Below are positions 1-12,402 of a stretch of 64,000 nucleotides of DNA, piece by piece. A model generated the notes under the pieces. The model saw only the letters and a program-made list of their open reading frames with translations. It was not told the origin of the DNA and did no database searches. The stretch is from Vicugna vicugna. Its lineage: Eukaryota. Every line of letters begins with the position of its first letter. The stretch's first letter is position 1. Both the position numbers and the translations under genes were made by a program. The stretch covers positions 9,232,239 to 9,296,238 of the forward strand of contig MU058636.1 of the NCBI GenBank assembly GCA_013265495.1. The letters run 5' to 3'.

Positions 1-94
1 TTTTTAACACAGTTATTTTGAAGAATCAAAGTACGATGAAATTTAGGGTCAGTTTTTTTTAACGCAAACAAATTACAACTTGAGATGCATTCTA

Positions 95-241
<147 letters not shown>

Positions 242-2375
242 TCATTCAGCTCAAACGACAATGTGTTTGCAAACGTTCCTACAAGATTCATTTCTGCACT
301 TTCAACTAGTGTTCAGAGTGTGCTTCCCGTGCCCGGATGATGAGGCATCAGCCTGACACCAGAGGTCAGCTGCCTTGTGCAGCTACTAAAATTTAGACCA
401 ACTGAAGTCAAATCAAAGGAAAACTTCAGCGCCTTACTGGCACAAGCCACATCTGAAAGGCTCAACGGGCATACACAGCCTGCAGCGACCGTCCCGCCAG
501 CACAGACAGCCTTGGTCAGCACTGGTCCAGCGGCAAAGGAAGGCATAGGGTGCAGGAAAAACAAAGTGCCTAAAGAAAAGGGAAGCTGGAAAAGTACTAG
601 ATGGAGATAAAATGTCCGCTTAGGAATGTAAACATAAAGTATGAATGGAAAACTTTAAAAAATTTAGTGGAGAATGACAGTTTTAATCAATCACCAAGGG
701 TGTTCAGCGGTGTGGTTTGGTGTAGGTCTACTAAGTTTTGCTCCTTTACCTGAATCTGGGGGACATACTACCCTTACTGAGACCCGATCTGGTCCCTAAA
801 GATGTACTCTCACCATGAATCCCTCCAGCAGGTTCTAAATGGTAAGTCATTTTGACAGCACAGAGAGCCAGGCTCTCCCCCGCCCAGCATGGCCAGTGCA
901 CTCCAGACAAGGGAGGGAGACGTCGCGCAGCAGCCAGTGATGGGGAGCAGGTGGCTCCATCCCAGCACTGATGTCGCTGCACGGTCACCACCAGCCTGTT
1001 CACTGCCTCCAAGGATGCCCCAGAAGGGAAAGAAAAAAAGACTCAAGATGAGAAGGTAATAAAATCTGGGTTAATGGATTTTTTTTTTTTACTGTGAATT
1101 CCTAAAAACGTGTTAAGGTTTCAATTATTCCACAAAGCAAGGTTAATGCTAGAAACAGGAGTGGTGTGTGAAGAAGAGTAATAATAGTTTTTGCTCCTTA
1201 CAGAAAGACTCACAAACAGCAAACAAGTTTTGTGTGCACTTTGTGTATAATTTGGTAAGAGTGCATGTCCTTACTTTTAAGGGCATAATGTTTTTACTAT
1301 ACATAGTAAATGCTAGCTGGGACTCCACCAACCACACAACTTCACGAACTATCATGTCTGAAATAGAGAGGAAAATCTTCAATGTAATAAATAGGATTCG
1401 AAGATCACACTTAGAAAGTAGCTTAACGAAACTTTTAAAGACTTTAGCAAAGTCGTTACATTTTTAGCAGTCATTAGGTTTCCACAATGGAAAATTTTCT
1501 ACAAAATTTCACATATACACACAGAAACACAAGAGAAGGAAATAAAAGCTATCTATCAGCTATGAGAAATTATCTATCTTTCTGAAACACTTAAATTCTA
1601 CAAAAGTATAAGGTAATTTTGAAAAGTAATGGGACAGCTGAAAAATACTCATTAAAGAGGCAGCACACATGCAAATCACAAAGTAGCTTTTAGGAATTCG
1701 GCAGAAAGAATTACAGGCTTAAAGTTACTCCAGTTTTGAAAGTCTTGAGAAACAGAGGAAAAGCTGGAGCATTTACTGACTCACTCTCTAGATTCACCCA
1801 CTGTCTCCCCTGTGTGCGTTCCCACCCTTTCCCAGAACTGTTCTCCAGATGTACATTTCTGTTTCTGTTCTATTTCTTTGTCAAGTGTTTTCCAAGTATC
1901 TCTTGGAAATGCAGCTTTCTCAGCATATGTGTGTGTACATATACATGCAAACCTATTTTTTTAAATCACTACACTCCCCCCAAAGCTAGGTGAAAGTTTC
2001 CACTATACCACCATGCTTAAAATTAAATTAGCCTTTTGGCAGTTATAGATACTACTTAGTAGATACTTTATTTTTTTCTTATTGCTAAAAGTTTTATGTA
2101 GTGGCTTCATATAAGAACATACATCACCATTTGTTCAAGTTTTATAAAATGCAGTGAATTTTGCAATAACTGACTTATAAATACTGTTCAAATTTACGTA
2201 TGTTGACCATTAGAAGTTTACAAACGTATGATACTGTGCCCAGAAGGATAAACATTTTGAACTGCTTTTTGTAGACACTGCATTTAAAAAAAATCATGTT
2301 AGCATATGATATTGTGGTGAAAGTGGGTATGTCCATAAAATATCCCCCCTATAAATTCTGTCAAGTTTTCTGCTA

Positions 2376-2663
<288 letters not shown>

Positions 2664-3400
2664 CTAAGCAAGTCAAAGTGCCAGACCTTCTGCAGCCCCA
2701 GCACACAGAGGCAGCTGAAGTCACTGTGGTTATGTGACATTCTACCCTCCCAGGTCCACGCTGTAAGGGATACACTGAGGCAGCAGAAACCCCCCTCCCC
2801 AGGGCCTTCCTACTCACTCCTATAAAGGAGGGGAATAAATTGTAATAAACAAGATTTGACAGTAATAGAAATTTAATACAGTATTCCTGTAAAAGTAATT
2901 GCAGTTTTAAATCATCCCAATTCAACCAAACTGACATTTTTAAGATTAAAGGTATCAGACATGATTCATTCCTCAGATAATTATTTATTGAGCAGCTACA
3001 TGTGCTAAATGATACAGAAATACAAGTAGGACAAGGTCTACTCCAGGATCTCAGTATTTCTCCAGAGATATGAGAACCCAGGAGCCAAAGAGGGCTCTGA
3101 CACTAACTGGCAGTGTGGTCTTTGAGAGGCATTTCAATTGCCCTGAGAGCCTCCTCACCCATAAAAGGGCCACCATTCACTCCCCGCCTCAGGTACCAGG
3201 AGGATAAAACAGTCAGGAGTGGATCTGACACATAATAGGTATGCAGCAAATGATGGCCTCCAGCACCAGGAAGTTCAGAGAAGTCGTGGCCTTGACCCAG
3301 CACTGAAATAACACGCTCTCTCCTTGCAGCTCCTTGCTAAGCTCAGAGATGGAAACACCAGACCAACAACTAATCATTAAAAATTCCCGAATCCCCTTTG

Positions 3401-3508
3401 TATGGCGACAGATGCCAACCAGACTTATTGCGGTGATTTTGTAGCGTATGGAAATACGGACGGTGTTGTAGGTCAGTTATCCGCCCCCCCACAACAAAGA
3501 AAAAAAAT
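3401..3508 (+). mobile_element. Short 5'-truncated L1 3' end in PROSER1 intron 1
   Basis: ATGGCGACAGATGCCAACCAGACTTATTGCGGTGAT resembles an L1 3' UTR, with an A-rich tail and flanking AATCCC(C)TTTG duplication. Confidence 0.6.
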
Positions 3509-3811
3509 CAACTAATCCCTTTGCTTCACTTCAAAACAACGATATTGGTACTTTAAACACGCATCATTCTGCTGGGAGAAAATACTACGACCAGTCAACA
3601 GAGAAACACATCCAGGGTGCCTAAATCGTTGAATTTTCACTGAAAAGGGGGAGGGAATGGCATTCTGGGTAATGTATTCTTGGGAGTTTGATGATCACTG
3701 CCGTTACAGGACACAATCAAAAGTTTCTGGCCCAAATCCTTGATTGTCTTGATGCCAAGTTAGGTGTTACTCTCTCATCAGCATCTGAGAGGCCCGGCTG
3801 TCTCTCAGGCA

Positions 3812-4047
3812 CAAGAGCAGTGCACTCTGGAGTCAGACTGCCTGCCCTGGAACACTGGACCCACTAGCTGGGTGACTCTGAGCTGACGAGTTAACCTCAC
3901 AGAGACGAGGTTTGCCATCGGTAAATGAGGGGGATAGCAGTACCGACACCTCAGGGTTGGTAGGAGGATCAAACCAAATAACGCCTGGACAAAGTGCTCC
4001 GAACAGGCACACTGAGTGCTCAGTTATTAATACATTATTATTATTAC
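3812..4047 (+). mobile_element. MIR SINE
   Basis: CTCTGGAGTCAGACTGCCTG head, CTAGCTGGGTGAC core, CCTCAGGGTTGG..GAGGAT and TATTATT tail, collinear with the MIR consensus. Confidence 0.8.
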
Positions 4048-5668
4048 CACCTTCTTAAAAAGCAGATTAAATATTGCTTACTCCCCCTTTCTTCTCCCTT
4101 TCTATTTCTTTTCCTAGTGACTTCTTACATGCCCTTGTTCTAAATGACAGTAGTGACAGCCAATATTACCTATAGGCCTCTGGTGACACTCAGGAAAAGA
4201 TTACCTGGTTTAAGTCAAATTACATGTACAAAGTTTGAGAGCAATTTCCTAAAAGCCAACAGTAATTCTCATATTTAGATATGCCTATATTTTTATCCCA
4301 TTTTAATAGCCTAAGACAATGCTGATGCATCTAATTATTTGGCATAGACAGCAAAAGACATATTTTGATTCCAGACCAGAAATAAGGACTTAAGTTGCTA
4401 TCTCCTGTGAATCTGATTTTCATCTCTGGAAAATTTCCTATTCCCCTCATTAGTATTTACTATGTCATCTTTTTACAATTCAGAAGGGAGACAATATGCA
4501 AACTGACACCTTAGACCTTCCAAAAGTAGAAATCTACCCATCTACCCGATCAAATTATTTTCTCATAAACAACAGTTTAATATCATCAGCTTATGAACAA
4601 ACTGTGGCAAATTCTAAGTATATAGTTAGCAAGCTGACATTGATTTTATTGTAAATTTTCATTGGCCAAATGGGGTTTGCAAAAGCAAAATTTCATTACC
4701 AAAAAATCAATATCCTCATATATGTAAATTTAGCTTAACAGGCAAATTTGAAAAAGCAAAAAGCTTTAAAAAGGATGAAGGAAAACAAATTTGCTTTATG
4801 GAGAATGAAGAAAAACAGCATGTCCATAGGCAATTGTATTAATAATTTCATAAGCTGAAATAAATAATAATCACCACAGGCCAAAGTAACAAGTCTTTTT
4901 CGCGTCAATCAAAGGTCTTAAAAGATATGAAAACGGGGAGAGAACTGCCCGGAAGTTTCAAGTAGAGGACCCTGCATTAACATAAGCGTGGTCAGTCAGT
5001 CTTCCCAGTTTTAATTTTGTAAACTCTTATTTTTTTTGTGCTTGAAATACTGGCTCATTCTGGGAAGTAGGCTACGTACAATCGCCTCAAATAGAAGCAA
5101 AAACTTGGAAAGCGGGAAAAAAAAATTGAAATTGAAGTTACTGAATGAAGCCCATTTCTAAGACTGTGACTTAAACTTAATGCCATACTTCTCATTGGGA
5201 AACTCATTTTTTCCGGCCCAGGCAACAAAGGCAGTCTGCTTATCCTCAGACTTTAAAAACCCGTCACAATAATAAGTACCATTAAAGAAAATTTCTACGT
5301 AACATCTCTAGTTTTCAGTCACTCTTACGTTACGCAGAATTTGAAGAAATCGGTTCAGAAACGTTAAATCATTTATCCGAAAGTAAAGAGCTACTAAAGA
5401 TTTGCAGAGCGGGTTTCGAAACCGAGGTCTCTCTGAATATAATTTCCGCAATACCGCACCGATTCTCAGGAAGTTTAACGTTAACGTAATTTCTCTTTGT
5501 ATCATAAAATGGATCAACACATAAACTTGCACGCTATACGTTAAAATTCCAACGAGTTTTGCAATCTTAAAACCCTTACTTTACACAATCTGCAAGCAGT
5601 CCCTCGGAGAGAGTAAATCATGAGAATTCTTAGCTTTTAGACTGATCAAAGGAATTAAGTGCAATTAC

Positions 5669-5713
5669 CTTTCTAATTTCATCCAGCACCGTTTCAAAGG
5701 ACTTTTTGTCCAT
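5669..5713 (-). CDS. PROSER1: PROSER1 coding exon 1 (MDKKSFETVLDEIRK), proline and serine rich protein 1
   Basis: ATG at 5713 in AAGATGG Kozak context, 15 codons, then AAG|GTAATT donor. Matches the recalled human start MDKKSFEMVLDEIRK. Confidence 0.95.
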
Positions 5714-5929
5714 CTTGACTACTATCTCCACGAGGTTTTAAGAGTTACACTTTCAACTACAAAACGTTCATCCCTGGTCTGCTCCGATAGTAAAAATGTT
5801 TATAGCTGAGAAGGAAAAAAGACTCAAGGAGCAGGAGAAAGGATGCGAAGAGGTAGAGCACTTCAAACTCTGCAAAAATTTCTAAAAATGGAGACTTATA
5901 AAAACTTTTTATTAAAAACAAAACCCGTC

Positions 5930-7260
5930 AGGCTTCCCCAGCTTCTTTGCAGAAAGCTTCAGGACCCCGCGTGTTAAGAGCCGGGTCTTCTCTGAGTCCT
6001 GCAGAGAAACCCGGGGTTCCGAGCCGGGGCTGAGGGTCGGTCCTGGCAGCTGAAGGCCAGGCGCCGCCGGGGAACGTCGCGAAGCCGCCTTCCCAGGTGG
6101 AGTGGCCGGGAGAGCAGAGGCACTCGCGCCCCGAGTCCCACGGATGGCGAGCAGGGAGGTACCAGTCTCTCGGCCCGCACCAGCGCCTCGGCTGCCGCCC
6201 TTCACTGCCGCGAACCTGGCCTCATGGCCCGGCTCGCTCCCACTCCCAGCAGCTCCGCCGGACTCCTGGGTCCCGCGGCCCCGGCAGCGGCGGCCTGGCA
6301 GGCTCTTTGTTACCAGCTGCCTCGGCTTCCGGGAGCGGGCCGGCGGCTGGAGAACACCGGGAGCCGGGCGAAGGGGGGCACGGACCCTGCCAGGGGGACT
6401 CCCGAGCACCGCACGACCGACAACGCCAGGGGCCCTTCCTGGTTATCCCTACAGCTCCCCCAGCCCGGCTCACGGGGGCCTTCGGCAGAGCCCGTCGCGC
6501 CCGAGTAAACTTAACTGTGCGCCGCCAGCTTAGGCCACTCTGTTTGAGAGCCTATGGCGGGGTCCTGGTGTGGGAATGTAGATGTCCATAGCGGACGCCT
6601 GGATGTCTCGGAATTGGATGCTGGTGAAGTCCTTCCCAGAGCCTGGCATTCACTCCTGGAGGGTCACATCTTTATCTCTTTGGTTTTATTGTGCTAGGTT
6701 TTGATAGTAAGATCTCAGTTTTAAAAGAATGAACGCCGAGTGGTAAAGGCATATCTAAGGGCGCCCTGATTTTGGCGGGCTGGGAAAGCCACATTGTGGA
6801 CCGCCCGAAAGGTGGTCACTGGGTAAACCCGAGGCACGTGACGTGGGGGCGGGGCCCGGGAAGGCGCTCGGAATCCGGAACCCCAGTTCTGATTTTCTTT
6901 CCTCCCGGTCTGTGCTCTCTAATGGTTCTGGCGCTTCCAGGGAAGGGGGATTGGAGATAGGGGCTCAGTGCAGCGACGAGCCGCGTGGACCTGGGGCTGT
7001 CTGGCCGCCACCAGCCGCCTGCCGATCCGCCTGGCCAGGCTTCCCGTCTGGTCATGGCGAGATTCTGGGCTTGCGTGGCCGGCGCTGGCTTCTTTCTTGC
7101 ATTTCTGGTTTTACATTCTCGTTTTTGTGGCTTTCGGGTGAGTTGGAAAGTGAGGAAATAGCCGTCAGGTGTGTGGGTAGCACTTTGGGAAGGCGGTCTT
7201 GGGAAGGAGGTGGTGGGTCCTGGCTCTCACACTAGCTCGGCTCAAACCTGCAGCGGGCTG
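5930..7260. promoter_or_regulatory. CpG island / bidirectional promoter shared by PROSER1 and NHLRC3
   Basis: Very GC- and CpG-dense stretch between divergent ATGs at 5713 (-) and 7054 (+). Contains E2F-like TTTTGGCGGG (6770-6779), E-box CACGTG (6835-6840), GC box GGGGCGGGG (6846-6854) and ETS-like CCGGAA (6875-6880). Confidence 0.9.
7054..7137 (+). CDS. NHLRC3: NHLRC3 coding exon 1 ([28 protein letters not shown]), signal-peptide-like
   Basis: GTCATGG Kozak, 84 nt, CGG|GTGAGT donor. Matches recalled human [26 protein letters not shown]. Confidence 0.95.
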
Positions 7261-7330
7261 AACTGCCTAAGTTAAAAACATTTGTAATTGTGATACACTG
7301 GCATTTCCCATATTTTGTCTTCTTCCCCAG

Positions 7331-7489
7331 CTCCCTCCACATCTTCACTTTGCCTTTAAAATTTCCTGGCGCTCTGAGGAAATCCTTTACCGGCTGGATG
7401 TGGATTGGCCTATGTACTCAGAATACTTTACTGGAGCAACGTTTTGTGTTGCAGTTGACTCCTTAAACGGATTGGTTTACGTAGCCCAA
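7331..7489 (+). CDS. NHLRC3: NHLRC3 coding exon 2 ([27 protein letters not shown]...GLVYVAQ)
   Basis: TCTTCCCCAG| acceptor, CAA|GTAAGT donor, 159 nt open frame containing ILYRLDV and [14 protein letters not shown]. Confidence 0.92.
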
Positions 7490-7782
7490 GTAAGTAAAAA
7501 TGGGATTTAAAAAAGAAAGTTATGAACACAAAGAAAACAGCTTTTCTGTTTTACTGTGCGAAGTAACTATACGTTTATATTACGCCAAATGTGGAATTTG
7601 TTTTTTGAGTTAAAGTTAGTATTTTGATTTTGAATGTGATATTAATATTGTTAGGTAATCTGGGTTTTTTTTAAACGTTACTAAATTTCTCGGTTAACTT
7701 TAATTTTTGTTCTCTCTGCCAAAATAAAGATCGCTTTCTTAAAACTGATCCTATCTAAGCGGTTATTTTTGTATACCTTCAG

Positions 7783-7930
7783 AGAGGGGATAACATCCCA
7801 AAGGTATTAGTGTTCACAGAGGATGGATATTTCCTACGAGCCTGGAATTATACAGTTGACACACCTCATGGTATATTTGCAGCCAGTACACTACATGAAC
7901 AATCCGTCTGGATCACGGATGTAGGAAGTG
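7783..7930 (+). CDS. NHLRC3: NHLRC3 coding exon 3 ([15 protein letters not shown]...PHGIF...WITDVGS)
   Basis: CTTCAG| acceptor, G|GTATGT donor, 148 nt, with NHL-repeat motifs PHG and WITD. Confidence 0.96.
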
Positions 7931-8584
7931 GTATGTGTAGTAATATCTATTAACCTGTCTTGCTAGAAATCATCTTTGCCCATGTTCTTGCTTGTCCGTT
8001 TTAAAAACAGAGTGGCCGAATCTAACTGTAACTTCTTTAATGATTCATGAAATCATTTATTTCTAAAAATCTTTAAAACATACTTTTGTAGAAAAGAAGG
8101 CTATAAATTATTATGATCTTTCCTTTATCAAGGGACTTGTCCTCTTTAAAGCATCAGCTGCTCTTCTCAGTTTAAATAATTCTAAACATCTTCTATGAAT
8201 CCTATATGCTGTAAAGCCTTATGCTATAAAATGGAAATTTCTAAAAGCTGATGAATGGAGTCCTTGCTGTCATTTTCTTTTACCACTTCTCTTTCAAAAG
8301 AGATTGTGCTGAGAAACCAGAACTGCTTTCTTGCCCATTTGCCATTTGCAAGATTTGCAAAACTGCTGGTGATAATGTTTCTGAAATCCCACTGGCTGCA
8401 GCATGTCTGAAACCTTCCTTCCGTCAAATATTTTTAGTCGAATGTACTGCAAAACAATTGAATTGACAGCTGTGCGATAAGTTTTCAGAGATAGCAGTTT
8501 GTGTGTGTTGTGGCTTCAAACCAGATAGCTTTAGCGATAGCTTGGTATTATCTCAGGATCTCAGGAAGGAATGGGATTTTTAAA

Positions 8585-8753
8585 AATTTTATTTTTTATT
8601 GAAGTGTCATTGATTTACAATGTTAGTTTCAGGTGTACAGCAATTCAGTTATACATATGCATACATGTATATTTTTTCTTTTCAGATTCTTTTCCATTTA
8701 TATGTTATTACAAGAAGTTGGATATAGTTTCCTGTGCTATACAGTAGGTCCTT
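8585..8753 (-). mobile_element. Cetartiodactyl-type L1 3' end with target-site duplication
   Basis: TTTATTGAAGT..TGATTTACAATGTTAGTTTCAGGTGTACAGC...CTGTGCTATACAGTAGGTCCTTG, flanked by GAAGGAATGGGATTT (8565) and GAAGGAGTGGAATCT (8754). Confidence 0.8.
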
Positions 8754-10334
8754 GAAGGAGTGGAATCTTAAAGACAGTATTTCTCGTAATCCTTGGTCCA
8801 GTTATATTCATGGCTTGAAGGTCATCTTGTTTCCCTAGTTCTGGCTAATTCAGATATCATTTTGGAATTAAAGAGGTCTCAGTTTTTATGAGAAGTGTCC
8901 TTACCATATCTGTTCTCAGAACCCAAAAGATTTCTGAGCCTCAGACTGTGATCCGTTTATTTCCAGCTGTATTTTGGATGGTAAGATTCTGGTGAAACCC
9001 CAAAATCTAGGTTAACCTCTGAGTTCATTGTTGGACTCTAATGAAATTTGATTATTTTGCTGCTGCTGCTTCCCCCCCCCCTTTTCAGAATTTACTGTTA
9101 AAGGAAGCCTTTACTTTTTAATTCATTCCATTCATGTGATCCTTTTTATAATGGACATCACTGGTTCCCAGAAATAAGAACACACATGACCTCTTCATTC
9201 TCTCCATTACAGCTTATTTTTCCACACAGATCTGAAGACAGTTTTTCTCTTCCTTCCCATTTTTCAAAGAATAAATTCTCTTAAGGGAAAACATGGCTGC
9301 ATATCAGCCATTTTTAAAAATTATTTAACAGTATTCTCTTTCTTTTCCAATTCTTTAGGAACTTTGAAGTTTGCTTTAGTGTTTTGTTCTTTTATTATTT
9401 TTACAAACTTTGGCTCAAGCCTCCAAAATAAGTATAATAATAAATACAATTTTCAAGATAAGATTGTAATGCAAACTGATTCACTTTATTTCCAGTGAGC
9501 TTATTGTTCCTAGTTTACCCTTTGAATGCCAACCAGTTAGCTGGTCGTGGTGTGCCTTCAGATTGATTTCTGTGAACTGCTTTATATTTTTTCCCTATTT
9601 ATTAATATTCCACTTTGTACTTTTGCTTGTAAGGTACTTTGAATTCAAGTAAATTTTAACACGAGATGATAAGATACTGATGATTTGGAAAGATTTGTCC
9701 CTTTTTTAGGAAAGGAAAGCTAATGGGTTGAATTTTGTATTTGTTTTCAGTAGGGGAAAATGTAGTTTTAAAAAGTCTATATTGTTATAGGCTAGTGTTA
9801 CCTCAATTAAAAAACTTAAAAAATATTAACACCAGGATAGATATAAATACCCTTTATAAGCAAGTAAACAGAAGTCTGTTTTATAGAGAAGTTTCTCATT
9901 GAGCTACTGAAATTGGAGCTCTGCCCATGAACGACTGAAAAAACAGTTTTCAATAATTGTTCCTTTTCCAGTTCCTTCCTGATTTTCTTTTACAAGTAAT
10001 GCTTATACAGGGTCATAAGATTAAAAAAGAAACTGGTATACCAACAATTTTACATCATCAGCCTTTTGTTTAGTGAGTTAATTTTTTTTTAGTTTTATTT
10101 ACTTGGTTTTAGAACCTACTTATTTTGGAGTACCTGAGATTTTAATTCATAAATAGATTTGGTTGTAACTAAGAAGAAGCTCTGTTGCTTGTCAAATATA
10201 ACATTTACTTATCTGAGCTTTTAAACTTTTTATTGCTATTTAACTCTGTCCAATTTTTGCTCTCAGCTTACTTGAGAAATGTGAATGTTTGTACAGTGGT
10301 TATGTTTGTGAAATGTGCATGTCTGTCTTTATAG

Positions 10335-10535
10335 GATCCTACGGTCATACTATTAAAAAATACAATTCCTTTGGTGATCTTGTTCAAGTTTTGGGTACCC
10401 CAGGCAAAAAAGGCACCGGTTTGAATCCCCTGCAGTTTGATAACCCTGCAGAATTATACGTAGATGACACAGGAGATATTTACATCGTGGATGGAGATGG
10501 AGGGCTGAATAACAGACTGATCAAATTATCCCAAG
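10335..10535 (+). CDS. NHLRC3: NHLRC3 coding exon 4 ([10 protein letters not shown]...[33 protein letters not shown])
   Basis: TTTATAG| acceptor, AAG|GTAACA donor, 201 nt, phase 1-1, inside ORF 10289..10549. Confidence 0.96.
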
Positions 10536-11504
10536 GTAACATGGCTTAATTTTGCATGGTACTGTAAGAATACTACTTAGTGAGTTGGATTTAGTTTGCC
10601 TGATACTCGGTGTGTATTGTAACCATTGTATATAAAGCTTTGTGTAAAGGGCTCAAGTGTATTACTAGGAGAAAACCAGGACAGATGTGTGGGATGGCCA
10701 GTAATAAACGATTCTAGTAGGTTTGCTTATTCTTCGCCAAAAGCTAGGTGTTCCCTTTGAAATGAACTGGAGGCAGAGTGAGAAGAGTGGGCTCGAGAAA
10801 TCAGTGGTTATCCTGTCCAGTTAAGAATGGGGAGGCTAGGAACCTGGCATCACGGAGCTAAGATATCCTGCAGGTGGACTGATCAGCACGTGTTGTATTG
10901 TATTCCCTGCTCCACGTCCTCAAGAGTATTCCGGATGCAGGTCTGTTATAGAAGAGACGGTTAAATGCTGCTGCATGTTATTGATCGTTAAAGTAAAATA
11001 AAGTTAGGAGAAGGAGAAACTATTATTGGCTGGAGAGGTAGGGCAAGAGTTATGAAGGAAATAGTTCTTGAACGAACTGATTATGGTGAGGGGAGAAGAG
11101 AGGGATGGGAGGAGTATTCACAAGGCTTTAATCGCCCAAGGTCTACAGGTGGGACTTGGCAGGTCTTTCAGGAAAGGAGCTTAGGATGCTCTTTGGATAG
11201 TACAAAATATGATTTGGGGTGTCCTTGAAAGTGTATCTAAGGCTTTTGAAGCTATAATTTTGCCTATAAAAAGTCTGAGGTGGCAGGTGACGTTACAGAA
11301 GCAGAGTTTTTAGAAGACAAAATAGCACCTCAGGACCTTGTTACAGTAAGTGCTGTCATTCGGAGGCTGTGTAGTCAGTTTATCACCCAGTGACTGAACT
11401 GGGTCGGTGACAGTTAAAGGGAGCTGAGGTGCGGGTAAAGCAAGAATCCAGAAAATTCTATGCAAGAAAGAAACAACCAAATTTAGGAGACAAATGGAGT
11501 ATAA

Positions 11505-11930
11505 GTGTATTAGTTTCCGGTGGCTTAAACAGACGTAATCTCACGGTTTTGGAATCCAGAAGTCTGAACTGTATAGGGCAGACCACGCTCCCTCTAAAGG
11601 CGCCCAGGGAGCGCACTTCCTTGTCTCTTCCAGCTTCCAGTGGCTCCAGACAGTTCTCGGCTTATGGTAGCGTGACGTAACGCCAGTCTCCGCCTCTGTC
11701 TGTACATTTCTTTCTTCTCTATTTCTGTCTCAGATCTCCCTCTCCTTTCTCTTACAAGGACACTAGTTGTTGGATTCAGGGTCCACTCTGAATCCAGAAT
11801 CATCTCATCTCAAGATCCCTAACTTAATTGTATCTGTAAAGGCCCTATTTCTAATAAGGTCCATTCACAGCTCTGGAGATTGAGACTCAGACATGTTTTT
11901 GAGGGGTGGGGGGAACCTTCAGTCCACTAC
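11505..11930 (-). mobile_element. MaLR LTR (MLT1C/D-like)
   Basis: TGTATTAGTTTCC...GGCTTAAAC...TCTCATCTCAAGATCCCTAACTTAATT...CAGTCCACTACA with TG...CA termini. Confidence 0.8.
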
Positions 11931-12310
11931 AGGGGTAATAAAGAAGACCCCCTATAAAAGCATAATGTGAGTTTTTAAACTCAGAGGAATAGTAATATCA
12001 AATAGCAGGTTGGTTATGAAGGAGAACCAGTTTGAGGAAGAGGTTAACATGAACCATAAACAATGATTTTAAGTTCTGAAAAATTCAAGTGGAGACGGTC
12101 GTCAAAGAAGTGGATTAATTGCTTGAAACATAGAATTTTTTTTTTTAGCATGGAAATTAGACAAACAAATGTATAAACAGAAAGCCAGGAAAACATAATC
12201 AGCTGGGGGTATAATTGAATAGTTTGTAACTTAGGACGTAAAATAGAACATTGCAAATGGGTTAAGGTATTCTCTATGTTGTTCAGACCATATCTGTTTA
12301 CCATTTATAG

Positions 12311-12402
12311 ATTACATGATCCTTTGGCTGCATGGGGAAAATGGGACAGGGCCTGCTAAGTTCAACATACCTCACAGCGTTACAGTTGATTCAGCTGGCC
12401 GG
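12311..12402 (+). CDS. NHLRC3: NHLRC3 coding exon 5 ([31 protein letters not shown])
   Basis: TTTATAG| acceptor, CGG|GTAAAT donor, 92 nt, NHL motif FNIPHSV. Confidence 0.96.

Noticed and set aside
5912..6591. Overlapping 143-165 aa ORFs on both strands
   Set aside because: Pro/Gly/Arg/Ala-rich stop-poor frames are expected in a CpG island, most lack a true ATG start, and I recognise no protein.
6843..7235. 130-aa ORF over NHLRC3 exon 1
   Set aside because: It is in a different frame from the real ATG at 7054 and runs through the GTGAGT donor into intron 1.
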